From contig CAWFFN010000005.1 in assembly GCA_963815115.1 (NCBI GenBank), forward strand, positions 1,248,001 through 1,312,000: a DNA stretch of 64,000 bases, in the 5' to 3' direction. Below the pieces are notes generated by a model. That model had not been told where the DNA came from and did no database searches. It was given only the letters and a program-made list of their open reading frames with translations. How positions within the stretch are numbered: position 1 is the first letter of the stretch; every line of letters starts with the position of its first letter. Of the stretch, positions 27,360 to 36,284 are shown piece after piece. The DNA is from an uncultured delta proteobacterium (GTDB lineage: Bacteria > Desulfobacterota > Binatia > DP-6). A program made the translations under genes and the position numbers.

Positions 27360-27767
27360 ATGAGCGTCCCGGTTCCTCTCGAACGCCTGCGCGAGGCCGT
27401 CGAAGAGCGCAACGCCACCACGTACCTGCTGACGGTATCCGACGACGGCTCGCCACACGCGGTGCATGTGCCGGTCCGTTGGGAGGGCGGGGCCATCGTC
27501 GCAGACGTCGGCAGGCGCAGCGCAGCGAACGCGTGCGCGCGACCGTCGGTGTCGTTGCTCTTTCCGGTGCGAACCGAGGGCGACTACAGTCTGATCGTCG
27601 ACGGTACGGCCAGCGTCGGGGCCGGCGACGACGCGCGGAGCGTGCGCGTCACACCAACGAGAGCGGTTCTCCACCGTCCCGCCGTGGTGCCCGACCGGTC
27701 GTCGTCATGTAGCGCCGACTGCGTGCCGCTGTTCCCCGGGTCCAAAAGCGGTAGCCAAGAGCGGTAG
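27360..27767 (+). CDS. Pyridoxamine 5'-phosphate oxidase-like split-barrel protein
   Basis: YLLTV.DDGSPH.V.V, P.VSLL.P, YSLIVDGTA. Confidence 0.72.
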   Translation: MSVPVPLERLREAVEERNATTYLLTVSDDGSPHAVHVPVRWEGGAIVADVGRRSAANACARPSVSLLFPVRTEGDYSLIVDGTASVGAGDDARSVRVTPTRAVLHRPAVVPDRSSSCSADCVPLFPGSKSGSQER

Positions 27768-27787
27768 ACAAGGCCGGTAGACAAGCC
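27749..27787 (+). repeat. Three 13-bp direct repeats CGGTAG(A/C)CAAG..
   Basis: CGGTAGCCAAGAG / CGGTAGACAAGGC / CGGTAGACAAGCC spanning a stop codon. Confidence 0.6.
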
Positions 27788-27913
27788 CGCGGCCCCGGAG
27801 GGGCCAAATCGGTTTCTCCGGCCTGTCTCCCGCTTTGCCGCGCGTTCCTACGCGGCGCATCGGGCTGGGAGTGACCGCGGCGATGGTGTGCCGGTGCCCG
27901 CGGCATGCAGTCA

Positions 27914-27929
27914 CGGCATGCGCCTTGCT
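27914..27929 (+). promoter_or_regulatory. Putative sigma-54 promoter
   Basis: CGGCATG-CGCC-TTGCT 40 nt before ATG 27970. Confidence 0.5.
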
Positions 27930-27969
27930 GGCTCGATCCTCACAGGAGATCGCAACGCGGAGGACCGGG

Positions 27970-28119
27970 ATGATTCGCAAGCTCAAGTCGGGCCAGTATC
28001 GGCTGTACTCGCAGAAGAGGGACAAGGCGGGCAAGCGGAAGAACCTCGGGACGTTCGCCAGTCGCCAGGCCGCCGAGAAGCACGAGCGCGCCGTGCAGTA
28101 CTTCAAGCGGCACGGGTAG
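27970..28119 (+). CDS. Small basic conserved hypothetical protein (49 aa)
   Basis: MIRKLKSGQYRLYS…RKNLGTF.SR.AAEKHERAVQYFKRH; GGAGG RBS; good codon usage. Confidence 0.8.
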   Translation: MIRKLKSGQYRLYSQKRDKAGKRKNLGTFASRQAAEKHERAVQYFKRHG

Positions 28120-28436
28120 CGCGCGATGCGTCGAGCCCCCGGGTGACCGCGCAGTACGTTGGGAGCGGTAATTCGTAGGAAACCCGTCCGAGAACGTGAA
28201 CGCCCCGAGCATGCGACATGGTTCGGCTCTGGCGACCGCCGTTCACGACAGCCTGCCGATCCCCGAGCCGGCGCACCCTTGAGACGCTGAGCGCGACCAG
28301 GATCCGGCGGCGACCGGGAAGCGCCCCACGAAGACTCCAGGAGCCGCCAGCGCGCTGCGTCGACGGAAGATGCCTGGGTCGGTCGTTCGATTACCGGGGC
28401 ATCTCTCAACCCCCTGAAGATAGTTGCGAAAATCCA

Positions 28437-28483
28437 TTGACAGCGAGGGGTGCCCTTCGATAGGGCGGGACTGACATGTCAGT
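28437..28483 (+). promoter_or_regulatory. Sigma-70-type promoter plus 14-bp palindromic operator (copy 1)
   Basis: TTGACA-N18-TAGGGC, then ACTGACATGTCAGT (28470-28483); the same elements recur in copy 2. Confidence 0.65.
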
Positions 28484-28649
28484 TCAATCCGGCCCGCCGT
28501 GACGGACCCGGACCCCCCGCCGAAGCTGTCACTTCGGCGGGGGAGTGCCCCGCTCGCCGCCTCGCGCATAAAGTGCCCGCGACGCGCCGGGGCTTCCGGG
28601 CGGGCCGGGAGCCATCCGGGATCAACGGCCCCTACGAAGGAGTCTGGCG
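28484..28649 (+). ncRNA. Candidate structured 5' leader RNA (copy 1)
   Basis: 12-bp hairpin with CUGUCA loop (28514-28543) and a second stem with AAA loop (28547-28593), retained with compensatory changes in copy 2. Confidence 0.45.
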
Positions 28650-30854
28650 ATGGTCCGATGGCTACTCTCAGGAGCGCTCATCCTGGGCGGTTTGTGTAGG
28701 ACCGCCTCGGCAGACGTCATTCCGCCCCCGATCACCTCGTCATTCGTGGGCTTTGAGGAGGTTTTCGGGGCACCCGATGCTCTGTCGGTGCCTGGGCCGC
28801 TGACCACCGAGTATGCCGATCGCGGCGTGATCTTCTCCGGCTTCCCGCCTCAGAACGGCGGCGGCATCTTGGGCCTCGGCCTGGATAGTGGCCACCCCGA
28901 GGTCGAGGGGAACAACTTCATGCTCTTCCTGAGCGCGTTCCCGCTGCTGAACGGCGGCCTCCCGCAATCGCCGGAGACCCTCACGTTCTACCCAGCGATC
29001 ACGGCGTTCCAGTTCGACACCGGCACCTTCGGCATCTCGTGCGCGGACGAAAGCGCCGGGTTGGCGACCACCATGGTGCTGACTGTCCAGGGATTCGACG
29101 CGGGCGGCACGTTGGTCGGCTCGGCCACGCACCCGGTCGTCATCGAAGGTTCGACCGTCCAGCTCAGCTTCACGTCGCCGGCCGAGAAGGTCGTCATCAC
29201 GAGCACCCACACGTGCGGAGCGCCGGACTTCCTGCTCCACGGCGTCGAGCTCTTCACGATGGACCGGGTTTCCTTCACGCCTGTCGCTTCGGCGGCGAGC
29301 AAGTGCGATCAGGGCACGATTGACGCCGCCGGCAAGAAGGCCAAGGCCGAGGCGAGCTGCTACTCCAAGGCGCTCCAGAAGGGCGTTCCGGTCGATGCCG
29401 CCTGCATCCAGAAGGCCGTTGACGCCTTCAACAAGGGCTTCACCAAGGCGCAGGCGAAGGGCGACTGCCTCGCCCCCGACACGGACGCGGGCGCGGTCGA
29501 GAGCGCGGTCGACAACATGCTGGCGAGCGTCATCCAGACGGTGACGGGCGGCGCACCAGGACCGGACGCCTGCTTCGCCAAGAAGCTCACCTCCATCGGC
29601 AAGAAGGCGCAGTCCTTCACGAAGTGCTTCTCGAAGGCAGCGAAGTCGGGCGTGCAGGTCGACGAGGCCTGCGGCCAGAAGGCCGCGGCCTCCTTCAACG
29701 GCTCGCTCAAGGCGTGCGGCACGCCGACCCAGCTCGCGCCGGTGGAGTCGGCGCTCGACACCTTCGGCGTGGCACTGTCGCGGTCGCTGACCGTGGCGAC
29801 GACGAGCACCACCACCACGACCACGAGCACGACGACGACCACCCTGCCTCCGCCGCTCGGCCAGCACCTGTCGTTCACCACGACGGCGGGCACGGCCAAC
29901 TGTGGCACCACCGGTCAGTTCGGCTCGCCGCCCGATCCGCCGTTCTCGGGTGAGCTCGACTCCGACGCGGTCGGAACCAAGATCAGGGACCTCGGGCTCG
30001 GCTGCCTCTACATCGGCGGCGGCGCTGCGACGGTGAACCCGTCGCTCATTCCGGAGAACGCCACCACGGTCCTCGACAGCCCCGACGGCACCACGCTCTC
30101 GGGCAGCCTGGGAACGGGCCGCGCGGACTGCTCGGTGGGGCCGCAGGGCAGCACCAAGCACTGCGTCAACAACCCGGGCTTCGAGTGCAGCAGCGACGGC
30201 GACTGCTTCGCGCCGGGCGGCTGCCAGGCCGACCCCACCTGCTACTTCGGGCCGCCGGTCCTGGTGAACGGCTTCCCCTCGAGCTGCGTGGTGAACACCT
30301 TCGCGCAGAGTGCGAGCGGGACCCTCAACCTGGCCACGGGCGAATCGACGGTCGACATCGAGCTCGCCTCGTTCGTCTACCTGACCCTGGGCAAGCCCAC
30401 CGTGTGCCCGATCTGCGACGGCGGCTTCTGTAACTACGGCGCCAACAGCGGGCAGGCTTGCACGACCAACAACAGCACGCAGACGTCGCTCGATTGTCTG
30501 CCGGATGCCGGCACCTTCGTGGCCACGCTGCCGATCAGCCTCAATCCGCTGACCTCGTCGACGATCACGGCCTCGGCGGCGGACGGACTGTTCTGCCCGG
30601 CGCAGCCGCATGCGGGAGCCTTCGGCACGACGGTGCCCCCAGGCGACGAGACCCCGGGGGTGATGGCTGAGGCGATCGTGCAGAACGGATCGCCGGCGGG
30701 TGATCTGACCGACGGGGCACCCCACGCCGGGGTACTCGTGAGCAACTTCTGTATCCCGCCGACCGGGAGCCTGGCACTCGACGGGCTTGCCGATCTGCCG
30801 GGCGCGGGCTCGCTCAGCTTGCCCGGAAACGCGCAGTTCGTCACCGTTCCGTAG
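28650..30854 (+). CDS. Secreted Cys-rich multidomain protein, 734 aa (copy 1)
   Basis: Signal peptide, beta-rich N-domain, two KC..AAGKK-type Cys-paired repeats, poly-Thr linker, Cys-rich C-domain; GAAGGAG RBS. Confidence 0.88.
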   Translation: MVRWLLSGALILGGLCRTASADVIPPPITSSFVGFEEVFGAPDALSVPGPLTTEYADRGVIFSGFPPQNGGGILGLGLDSGHPEVEGNNFMLFLSAFPLLNGGLPQSPETLTFYPAITAFQFDTGTFGISCADESAGLATTMVLTVQGFDAGGTLVGSATHPVVIEGSTVQLSFTSPAEKVVITSTHTCGAPDFLLHGVELFTMDRVSFTPVASAASKCDQGTIDAAGKKAKAEASCYSKALQKGVPVDAACIQKAVDAFNKGFTKAQAKGDCLAPDTDAGAVESAVDNMLASVIQTVTGGAPGPDACFAKKLTSIGKKAQSFTKCFSKAAKSGVQVDEACGQKAAASFNGSLKACGTPTQLAPVESALDTFGVALSRSLTVATTSTTTTTTSTTTTTLPPPLGQHLSFTTTAGTANCGTTGQFGSPPDPPFSGELDSDAVGTKIRDLGLGCLYIGGGAATVNPSLIPENATTVLDSPDGTTLSGSLGTGRADCSVGPQGSTKHCVNNPGFECSSDGDCFAPGGCQADPTCYFGPPVLVNGFPSSCVVNTFAQSASGTLNLATGESTVDIELASFVYLTLGKPTVCPICDGGFCNYGANSGQACTTNNSTQTSLDCLPDAGTFVATLPISLNPLTSSTITASAADGLFCPAQPHAGAFGTTVPPGDETPGVMAEAIVQNGSPAGDLTDGAPHAGVLVSNFCIPPTGSLALDGLADLPGAGSLSLPGNAQFVTVP

Positions 30855-30884
30855 TGTAGAGACGTAGCATCGGCTGTACGGAAC

Positions 30885-30917
30885 TCCCGGCGCCGGCCCA
30901 CGCGGCCTGCGCCGGGA
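30885..30917 (+). terminator. GC-rich stem-loop after copy 1
   Basis: TCCCGGCGCCGGCC-CACGC-GGCCTGCGCCGGGA; no U-tract. Confidence 0.5.
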
Positions 30918-30982
30918 CGCGTCTCGGCCTGCGCGCCTACCCCTCAGGTACCGAGATTCGCATCAGTTTACGCAAAAAATGA

Positions 30983-31028
30983 TTGACAGGAGCGGGGGAG
31001 GTTGGTTAGGGCAGACTGACATGTCAGT
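30983..31028 (+). promoter_or_regulatory. Sigma-70-type promoter plus 14-bp palindromic operator (copy 2)
   Basis: TTGACA-N18-TAGGGC, ACTGACATGTCAGT (31015-31028). Confidence 0.65.
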
Positions 31029-31209
31029 TCCCCGGCCCATGAGGAGATAGCCAGAATCAGGAGTCAGGAGCCGCGCCGGGGGCTGTCACTTCGACGCGGT
31101 CTGTCCCGCTCGCCGCCTCGCGCACAAAGTGCCCGCGACGCGCCGGGGGACCCCCGGGCGACCCCGAGGAGCCACCGGAACCAACGGCCCCTACGAAGGA
31201 GTCTTTCTG
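31029..31209 (+). ncRNA. Candidate structured 5' leader RNA (copy 2)
   Basis: Hairpin 31070-31100 with CUGUCA loop; stem 31103-31151 with GCAC-AAA-GUGC. Confidence 0.45.
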
Positions 31210-33414
31210 ATGGTTCGATGGTTACTCACAGGAGCGCTGATCCTAGGCGGCCTGTGCCGGACCGCTCCGGCACAGCTCATTCCACCCCCGATCACCTCGA
31301 CGTTCGTCGGCTTCGAGGAGGTCTTCGGGGCGCCCGACGCGTTGTCGATGTTCCCGCTGACGACCGAGTACGCCGACCGCGGCGTGATCTTTTCCGGCTT
31401 TCCGGCCCAGAACGGTGGCGGCATCTTCGCTGCAGGCCAACAAGGCCCGCCGGAAATTGAAGGCAACAACATCATGCTGTTCGTCAGCGCGTTCCCGCTG
31501 CTGACCGGCGGACTCCCGCAGACGCCCGAGACCCTCACCTTCTACCCCCCCATCACCGCCTTCCAGTTCGACACCGGCACCGTCGGCATCAGCTGCGCGG
31601 ATGAGGACGCCGGCCTGGCGACCACGATGGTGCTGACGGTCCAGGGATTCGACGCCGGCGGCACGTTGGTCGGCTCGGCCACGCACCCGGTCGTCATCGA
31701 AGGTTCGACCGTCCAGCTCAGCTTCACGTCGCCGGCCGAGAAGGTCGTCATCACGAGCACCCACACGTGCGGACCGCCGAGCTTCCTCTTCCACGGCGTC
31801 GAGCTCTTCACGATGGACCGGGTTTCCTTCACGCCTGTCGCTTCGGCGGCGAGCAAGTGCGATCAGGGCACGATTGACGCCGCCGGCAAGAAGGCCAAGG
31901 CCGAGGCGAGCTGCTACTCCAAGGCGCTCCAGAAGGGCGTTCCGGTCGATGCCGCCTGCATCCAGAAGGCCGTTGACGCCTTCAACAAGGGCTTCACCAA
32001 GGCGCAGGCGAAGGGCGACTGCCTCGCCCCCGACACGGACGCGGGCGCGGTCGAGAGCGCGGTCGACAACATGCTGGCGAGCGTCATCCAGACGGTGACG
32101 GGCGGCGCACCAGGACCGGACGCCTGCTTCGCCAAGAAGCTCACCTCCATCGGCAAGAAGGCGCAGTCCTTCACGAAGTGCTTCTCGAAGGCAGCGAAGT
32201 CGGGCGTGCAGGTCGACGAGGCCTGCGGCCAGAAGGCCGCGGCCTCCTTCAACGGCTCGCTCAAGGCGTGCGGCACGCCGACCCAGCTCGCGCCGGTGGA
32301 GTCGGCGCTCGACACCTTCGGCGTGGCACTGTCGCGGTCGCTGACCGTGGCGACGACGAGCACCACCACCACGACCACGAGCACGACGACGACCACCCTG
32401 CCTCCGCCGCTCGGCCAGCACCTGTCGTTCACCACGACGGCGGGCACGGCCAACTGTGGCACCACCGGTCAGTTCGGCTCGCCGCCCGATCCGCCGTTCT
32501 CGGGTGAGCTCGACTCCGACGCGGTCGGAACCAAGATCAGGGACCTCGGGCTCGGCTGCCTCTACATCGGCGGCGGCGCTGCGACGGTGAACCCGTCGCT
32601 CATTCCGGAGAACGCCACCACGGTCCTCGACAGCCCCGACGGCACGACGCTCGCGGGCAGCCTGGGAACGGGCCGCGCAGATTGCTCCGTCGGGCCGCAG
32701 GGGACGACCAAGCACTGCGTCAACAACCCCGGGGCCGAGTGCACCACCGACGGCGACTGCTTCGCGCCGGGCGGCTGCCAGGCCGACCCGACCTGCTACT
32801 TCGGCCCGCCGGTCCTCGTGAACGGCTTCCCCTCGAGCTGCGTGGTGAATGCCTTCGCGCAGAGTGCGAGCGGGACCCTCAACCTGGCCACGGGCGAATC
32901 GACGGTCGACATCGAGCTCGCCTCGTTCGTCTACCTGACCCTGGCCAAGCCCACCGTGTGCCCGATCTGCGACGGCGGCTTCTGTAACTACGGCGCCAAC
33001 GCCGGGCAGGCTTGCACGACCAACAACAGCACGCAGACGTCGCTCGATTGCATGCCGGATACCGGCACCTTCGTGGCCACGCTGCCGATCAGCCTCAATC
33101 CGCTGACCTCGTCGACGATCACGGCCTCGACGCCGGACGGACTGTTCTGCCCGGCGCAGGGGCACGCAGGAGCATTCGGCACGACGGTGGCCCCAGACCC
33201 GGACAACGGGATCCCCGGGGTTACTGCCGTGGTGATCACGCAGAACGGCTCGCCGGCCGGTGATCTGACCGACGGCCTGCCGCACCCCGGGGTGCTCGTG
33301 AGCAACTTCTGTATCCCGCCGACCGGCAGCCTGGCACTCGACGGGCTGGCGGACCTGCCGGGACCGGGCTCGCTCAGCTTGCCCGGGAACGCGCAGTTCG
33401 TCACCGTTCCGTAA
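31210..33414 (+). CDS. Secreted Cys-rich multidomain protein, 734 aa (copy 2)
   Basis: Paralogue of 28650-30854; start set by homology and RBS GAAGGAG. Confidence 0.88.
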   Translation: MVRWLLTGALILGGLCRTAPAQLIPPPITSTFVGFEEVFGAPDALSMFPLTTEYADRGVIFSGFPAQNGGGIFAAGQQGPPEIEGNNIMLFVSAFPLLTGGLPQTPETLTFYPPITAFQFDTGTVGISCADEDAGLATTMVLTVQGFDAGGTLVGSATHPVVIEGSTVQLSFTSPAEKVVITSTHTCGPPSFLFHGVELFTMDRVSFTPVASAASKCDQGTIDAAGKKAKAEASCYSKALQKGVPVDAACIQKAVDAFNKGFTKAQAKGDCLAPDTDAGAVESAVDNMLASVIQTVTGGAPGPDACFAKKLTSIGKKAQSFTKCFSKAAKSGVQVDEACGQKAAASFNGSLKACGTPTQLAPVESALDTFGVALSRSLTVATTSTTTTTTSTTTTTLPPPLGQHLSFTTTAGTANCGTTGQFGSPPDPPFSGELDSDAVGTKIRDLGLGCLYIGGGAATVNPSLIPENATTVLDSPDGTTLAGSLGTGRADCSVGPQGTTKHCVNNPGAECTTDGDCFAPGGCQADPTCYFGPPVLVNGFPSSCVVNAFAQSASGTLNLATGESTVDIELASFVYLTLAKPTVCPICDGGFCNYGANAGQACTTNNSTQTSLDCMPDTGTFVATLPISLNPLTSSTITASTPDGLFCPAQGHAGAFGTTVAPDPDNGIPGVTAVVITQNGSPAGDLTDGLPHPGVLVSNFCIPPTGSLALDGLADLPGPGSLSLPGNAQFVTVP

Positions 33415-33453
33415 TGTAGCTTCGTTCGAGACGTAGCATCAGCAGCACGGAGC

Positions 33454-33486
33454 TCCCGGCGCCGGCCGACACGGCCGGCGCCGGGA
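33454..33486. terminator. Perfect 15-bp stem-loop between convergent genes
   Basis: TCCCGGCGCCGGCCG-ACA-CGGCCGGCGCCGGGA. Confidence 0.6.
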
Positions 33487-33496
33487 AGCCTCCGCC

Positions 33497-34708
33497 TCAG
33501 GATTCGGCGGCCTCACCCGCGCGAGCCCCTCCGAAGGTGACGCCGCGCCGCTCCGGTCCCAGCGCCACCACGAGGGCGGCGACCGACAGCACGACCACCG
33601 CCACCGACGCCATCGCATTGGCGTAGCTGGTGCGCTCCGCGAGCAGCGCCTCGATGTATGCCACGGAGCTCGCGGCCAGGACGCCGCACTGGTAGGCGAA
33701 GCCGGGCAGGAAGCCGCGCACCGGGTCCGGTGACAGCTCGGAGATGTGTGCCGGGACCACGCCCCACGCGCCCTGCACCATCAGCTGGAGAAGGAAGGCG
33801 CCGGCGACGAGCACGGCCGGATACGGCGCGAACGCCCACAGCGGCAGGACCGTGAGCGCGCCGAAGAGCGCGGTCACCATGGCGCGCCGGCGCCCGATCC
33901 GGCCCGACAGCGCGCCGAAGAGCACGCCGCCGCCGATCGCGCCGACCATCGAGAAGGCCGTGATCCCGGCGCGCGCGCGCGCGCCGAAGCCCCAGTGGCG
34001 CTCGAGAAACGTGGGGTACATGTCCTGCGTGCCGTGCGACACGAAGTTCATCATCGCCATCAGCAGCGTCAGATAGAGGAACAGCCTCCAGCTGGACACG
34101 ATGCCGCGCCCGAGTGCCCCCCAGCTCCCGAGCCTCGTGCGCTCCCAGACCTCGGACTCGGTGACGCGACTCCGGACGTAGACGGCGAGCAGCGCGGGAA
34201 GGCCGCCGAGGAAGAACAGCGGGCGCCAGCCCCAGCGCGGGAAGACGACGAGGTAGGCGAGGGCAGCCAGGAGATAGCCCACCGCATAGCCTTCCTGCAG
34301 GAGGCCGGACACGGGTCCCCGCAGGCGGGCGGGTACCTTCTCCATGGCCAGGGATGCCCCGAGCCCCCATTCCCCGCCCATGCCGATGCCGAACAGGGCC
34401 CGCAGCAGGATGAACGTCCGGTAGTCGGGCGCCAGCCCGGAGGCGACCTCGCACACCGAGTAGAAGACCAGGTTGAGCATCAGGGGAATGCGCCGGCCGT
34501 AGCGGTCGGCGAACAGGCCGAAGATCAACGCTCCGAGCGGCCGGAACGCGAGCGTCACGGTGATCGAGAGCGCCAGCTCGCTGTCGATGCGGCCGAAGTC
34601 GTGCGCGATGGCGGTCAGGCAGAAGACGACGAGGAAGAAGTCGAACGCGTCCAGCGTCCAGCCGAGGAAGCTGGCGATGACGGCGGCACGCCAGTCGCTA
34701 CTCGGCAT
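33497..34708 (-). CDS. MFS transporter (sialate:H+ symporter / NanT-JEN1-like carboxylate transporter)
   Basis: GWTLDAFDFF, FG..ADRYGRR, GMGGEWG, SHGTQDMYPTFL, QGAWGVVP. Confidence 0.92.
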   Translation of the reverse strand: MPSSDWRAAVIASFLGWTLDAFDFFLVVFCLTAIAHDFGRIDSELALSITVTLAFRPLGALIFGLFADRYGRRIPLMLNLVFYSVCEVASGLAPDYRTFILLRALFGIGMGGEWGLGASLAMEKVPARLRGPVSGLLQEGYAVGYLLAALAYLVVFPRWGWRPLFFLGGLPALLAVYVRSRVTESEVWERTRLGSWGALGRGIVSSWRLFLYLTLLMAMMNFVSHGTQDMYPTFLERHWGFGARARAGITAFSMVGAIGGGVLFGALSGRIGRRRAMVTALFGALTVLPLWAFAPYPAVLVAGAFLLQLMVQGAWGVVPAHISELSPDPVRGFLPGFAYQCGVLAASSVAYIEALLAERTSYANAMASVAVVVLSVAALVVALGPERRGVTFGGARAGEAAES

Positions 34709-36143
34709 AGCGGCCGATGCGCGTCTCCTGCACGAGGGCGGCCTTGCCGGCGGCTGCGTCACCGCCGCAGCCGCGTCCGTGGAACGAGAACGACCTCGGA
34801 TTCCGCAGCAGGTCGACGGCCTGGTCCCGGATCTGGTCGGGGAGGTCGAACGGCACCTGCAGGATGGTCTGGACGCCGCTCAGGCGGTCGACGATCGCCG
34901 CCCGGATCTGGCGCACGATGCAGCCCTGGTCGACGCGCTGGCCGTCGTCGAACTTGTTCTGGGTCCAGAGAAGCCGCCGGCCGCCGGGATCGAACGCGAA
35001 CTCCGGAATGACCCAGCCCTCCTCACCCGAGGTGGTCAAGCGGACGATCCGCCCGGGCTTGAACCTGGTGCGGGCGCGGTTCCAGCGCAGCGCGATCTGG
35101 TAGAGGTCGGTCGCCTGCTGGAAGACCGGCTGCAGGTAGCTGTCGTTGAAGACCGGCAGGATCAGCTGGTAGTCGTACTCGGCGGGGAGGCCGAGCAGCG
35201 TCGCGACGGTGGCCCAGTCGTTGTGGGCGCCGGGCAGGTTGCGGGACGACATGAAGATCACGCGGTTCATGTCGCGACTGAAGATCGCCTGCTCGTCCCA
35301 CGCGGGATCACTCGTCAGGCGCACCGGACGGCACGTGTCCCGGGCGGGGTCCGGCAATCGGCAGAAGAAGAGCTCGGGATTGATCGCGGTGTCGACGGTC
35401 TCGGTGTAGAGGAATCCCGACCCGTCGGGTGCCCACCATTGCGTCTCGTACCAGTGGCCATTGCCCGGTCGCACGACGTGCGCGTCGACCAGCCGCGGGC
35501 CGTTGGGACCGCGCGGGTCGAAGCGTGCGACCCGGATGTCGGACTTCCCGTTGCCGCCCTCGTCGGCGTTCCAGCTGAGCGCCGTCCACACGATGTAGCG
35601 ACCGTCGGGTGACCAGTAGGCGTGGAAGTTGTCGTGCAGCTCGCCGTCGAGGGTGAGCCTCGTGGGCCGGTCGCCGTCCCGGGTGATGACCCAGATGTCG
35701 GAGCCAAGACCTCCGAACCCGGGCGATCCGATCTTCACCGCGTGGCCGCTCCAGGAGTGGAAGAGGATCCACCGGCCGTGCGGTTGCACGACCGGGACCT
35801 GGTTCGGCCCCGCGAGCCCGCACGTGAGGCAGACCTTCTCGGTGCCGTCGAGCGTCGAGCGATGGATCTGGATCTCGCCGTCGCCGTCCTCGTCGCGCGT
35901 GGTGGGGTCCTGCCAGACGACGTGCTCGTCGTCGAGCCAGTCGACGGCCTGACCGAGCAGCACGGGGGCGGCGTCGACGACGAACCGGCGAGCGCCTCGC
36001 GCCGCCTGGGCGTCGGCGTCGCCGGCAAGCGCCCGCGCCGCCACGCCGGCGAGCGCGACGGCGAGCGCGAAGGCCACGCGGCGAGTCCAACGAACCGCGT
36101 GGGCACCGGGCCTGTTCGAGGCCTGGCGTCGTGTCGTGAGCAT
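34698..36143 (-). CDS. Exported TolB-like (PD40/WD40) beta-propeller protein
   Basis: Signal peptide; WSPDGRYIVW, WAPDGSGFLY, FSRDMNRVIF, FDPGGRRLLW repeats. Confidence 0.75.
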   Translation of the reverse strand: MLTTRRQASNRPGAHAVRWTRRVAFALAVALAGVAARALAGDADAQAARGARRFVVDAAPVLLGQAVDWLDDEHVVWQDPTTRDEDGDGEIQIHRSTLDGTEKVCLTCGLAGPNQVPVVQPHGRWILFHSWSGHAVKIGSPGFGGLGSDIWVITRDGDRPTRLTLDGELHDNFHAYWSPDGRYIVWTALSWNADEGGNGKSDIRVARFDPRGPNGPRLVDAHVVRPGNGHWYETQWWAPDGSGFLYTETVDTAINPELFFCRLPDPARDTCRPVRLTSDPAWDEQAIFSRDMNRVIFMSSRNLPGAHNDWATVATLLGLPAEYDYQLILPVFNDSYLQPVFQQATDLYQIALRWNRARTRFKPGRIVRLTTSGEEGWVIPEFAFDPGGRRLLWTQNKFDDGQRVDQGCIVRQIRAAIVDRLSGVQTILQVPFDLPDQIRDQAVDLLRNPRSFSFHGRGCGGDAAAGKAALVQETRIGRYAE

Positions 36144-36284
36144 GATCTGCAAGACCCTCCGATGTGCCGGAATCCGTGTGGCAGTGTGATCGAATGTTCG
36201 CGCCGGATTTGCAACGATCGCGCCGGTTGACCATTCTCGAAAGGAGAGACCAGACAGCGTCCGGCGAGACCGGAGGCCCAGCCG

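Larger units (their letters stand above)
28437..33486 (+). repeat. Tandem duplication of a ~2.55 kb unit (promoter, leader, gene, stem-loop)
   Basis: Offset 2554 in the core; 29236-30091 appears identical to 31790-32645, and the alternative-frame ORFs there are identical. Confidence 0.92.

Noticed and set aside
29795-29845. ACC/ACG trinucleotide repeat (also ~32350-32400 and ~3690-3735)
   Set aside because: Poly-Thr linker codons inside CDSs
28437-33486. Diversity-generating retroelement or whole-unit assembly artefact as the cause of the duplication
   Set aside because: No reverse transcriptase is present and the differences are not adenine-specific; both flanks and leaders are clearly diverged, so two real copies exist
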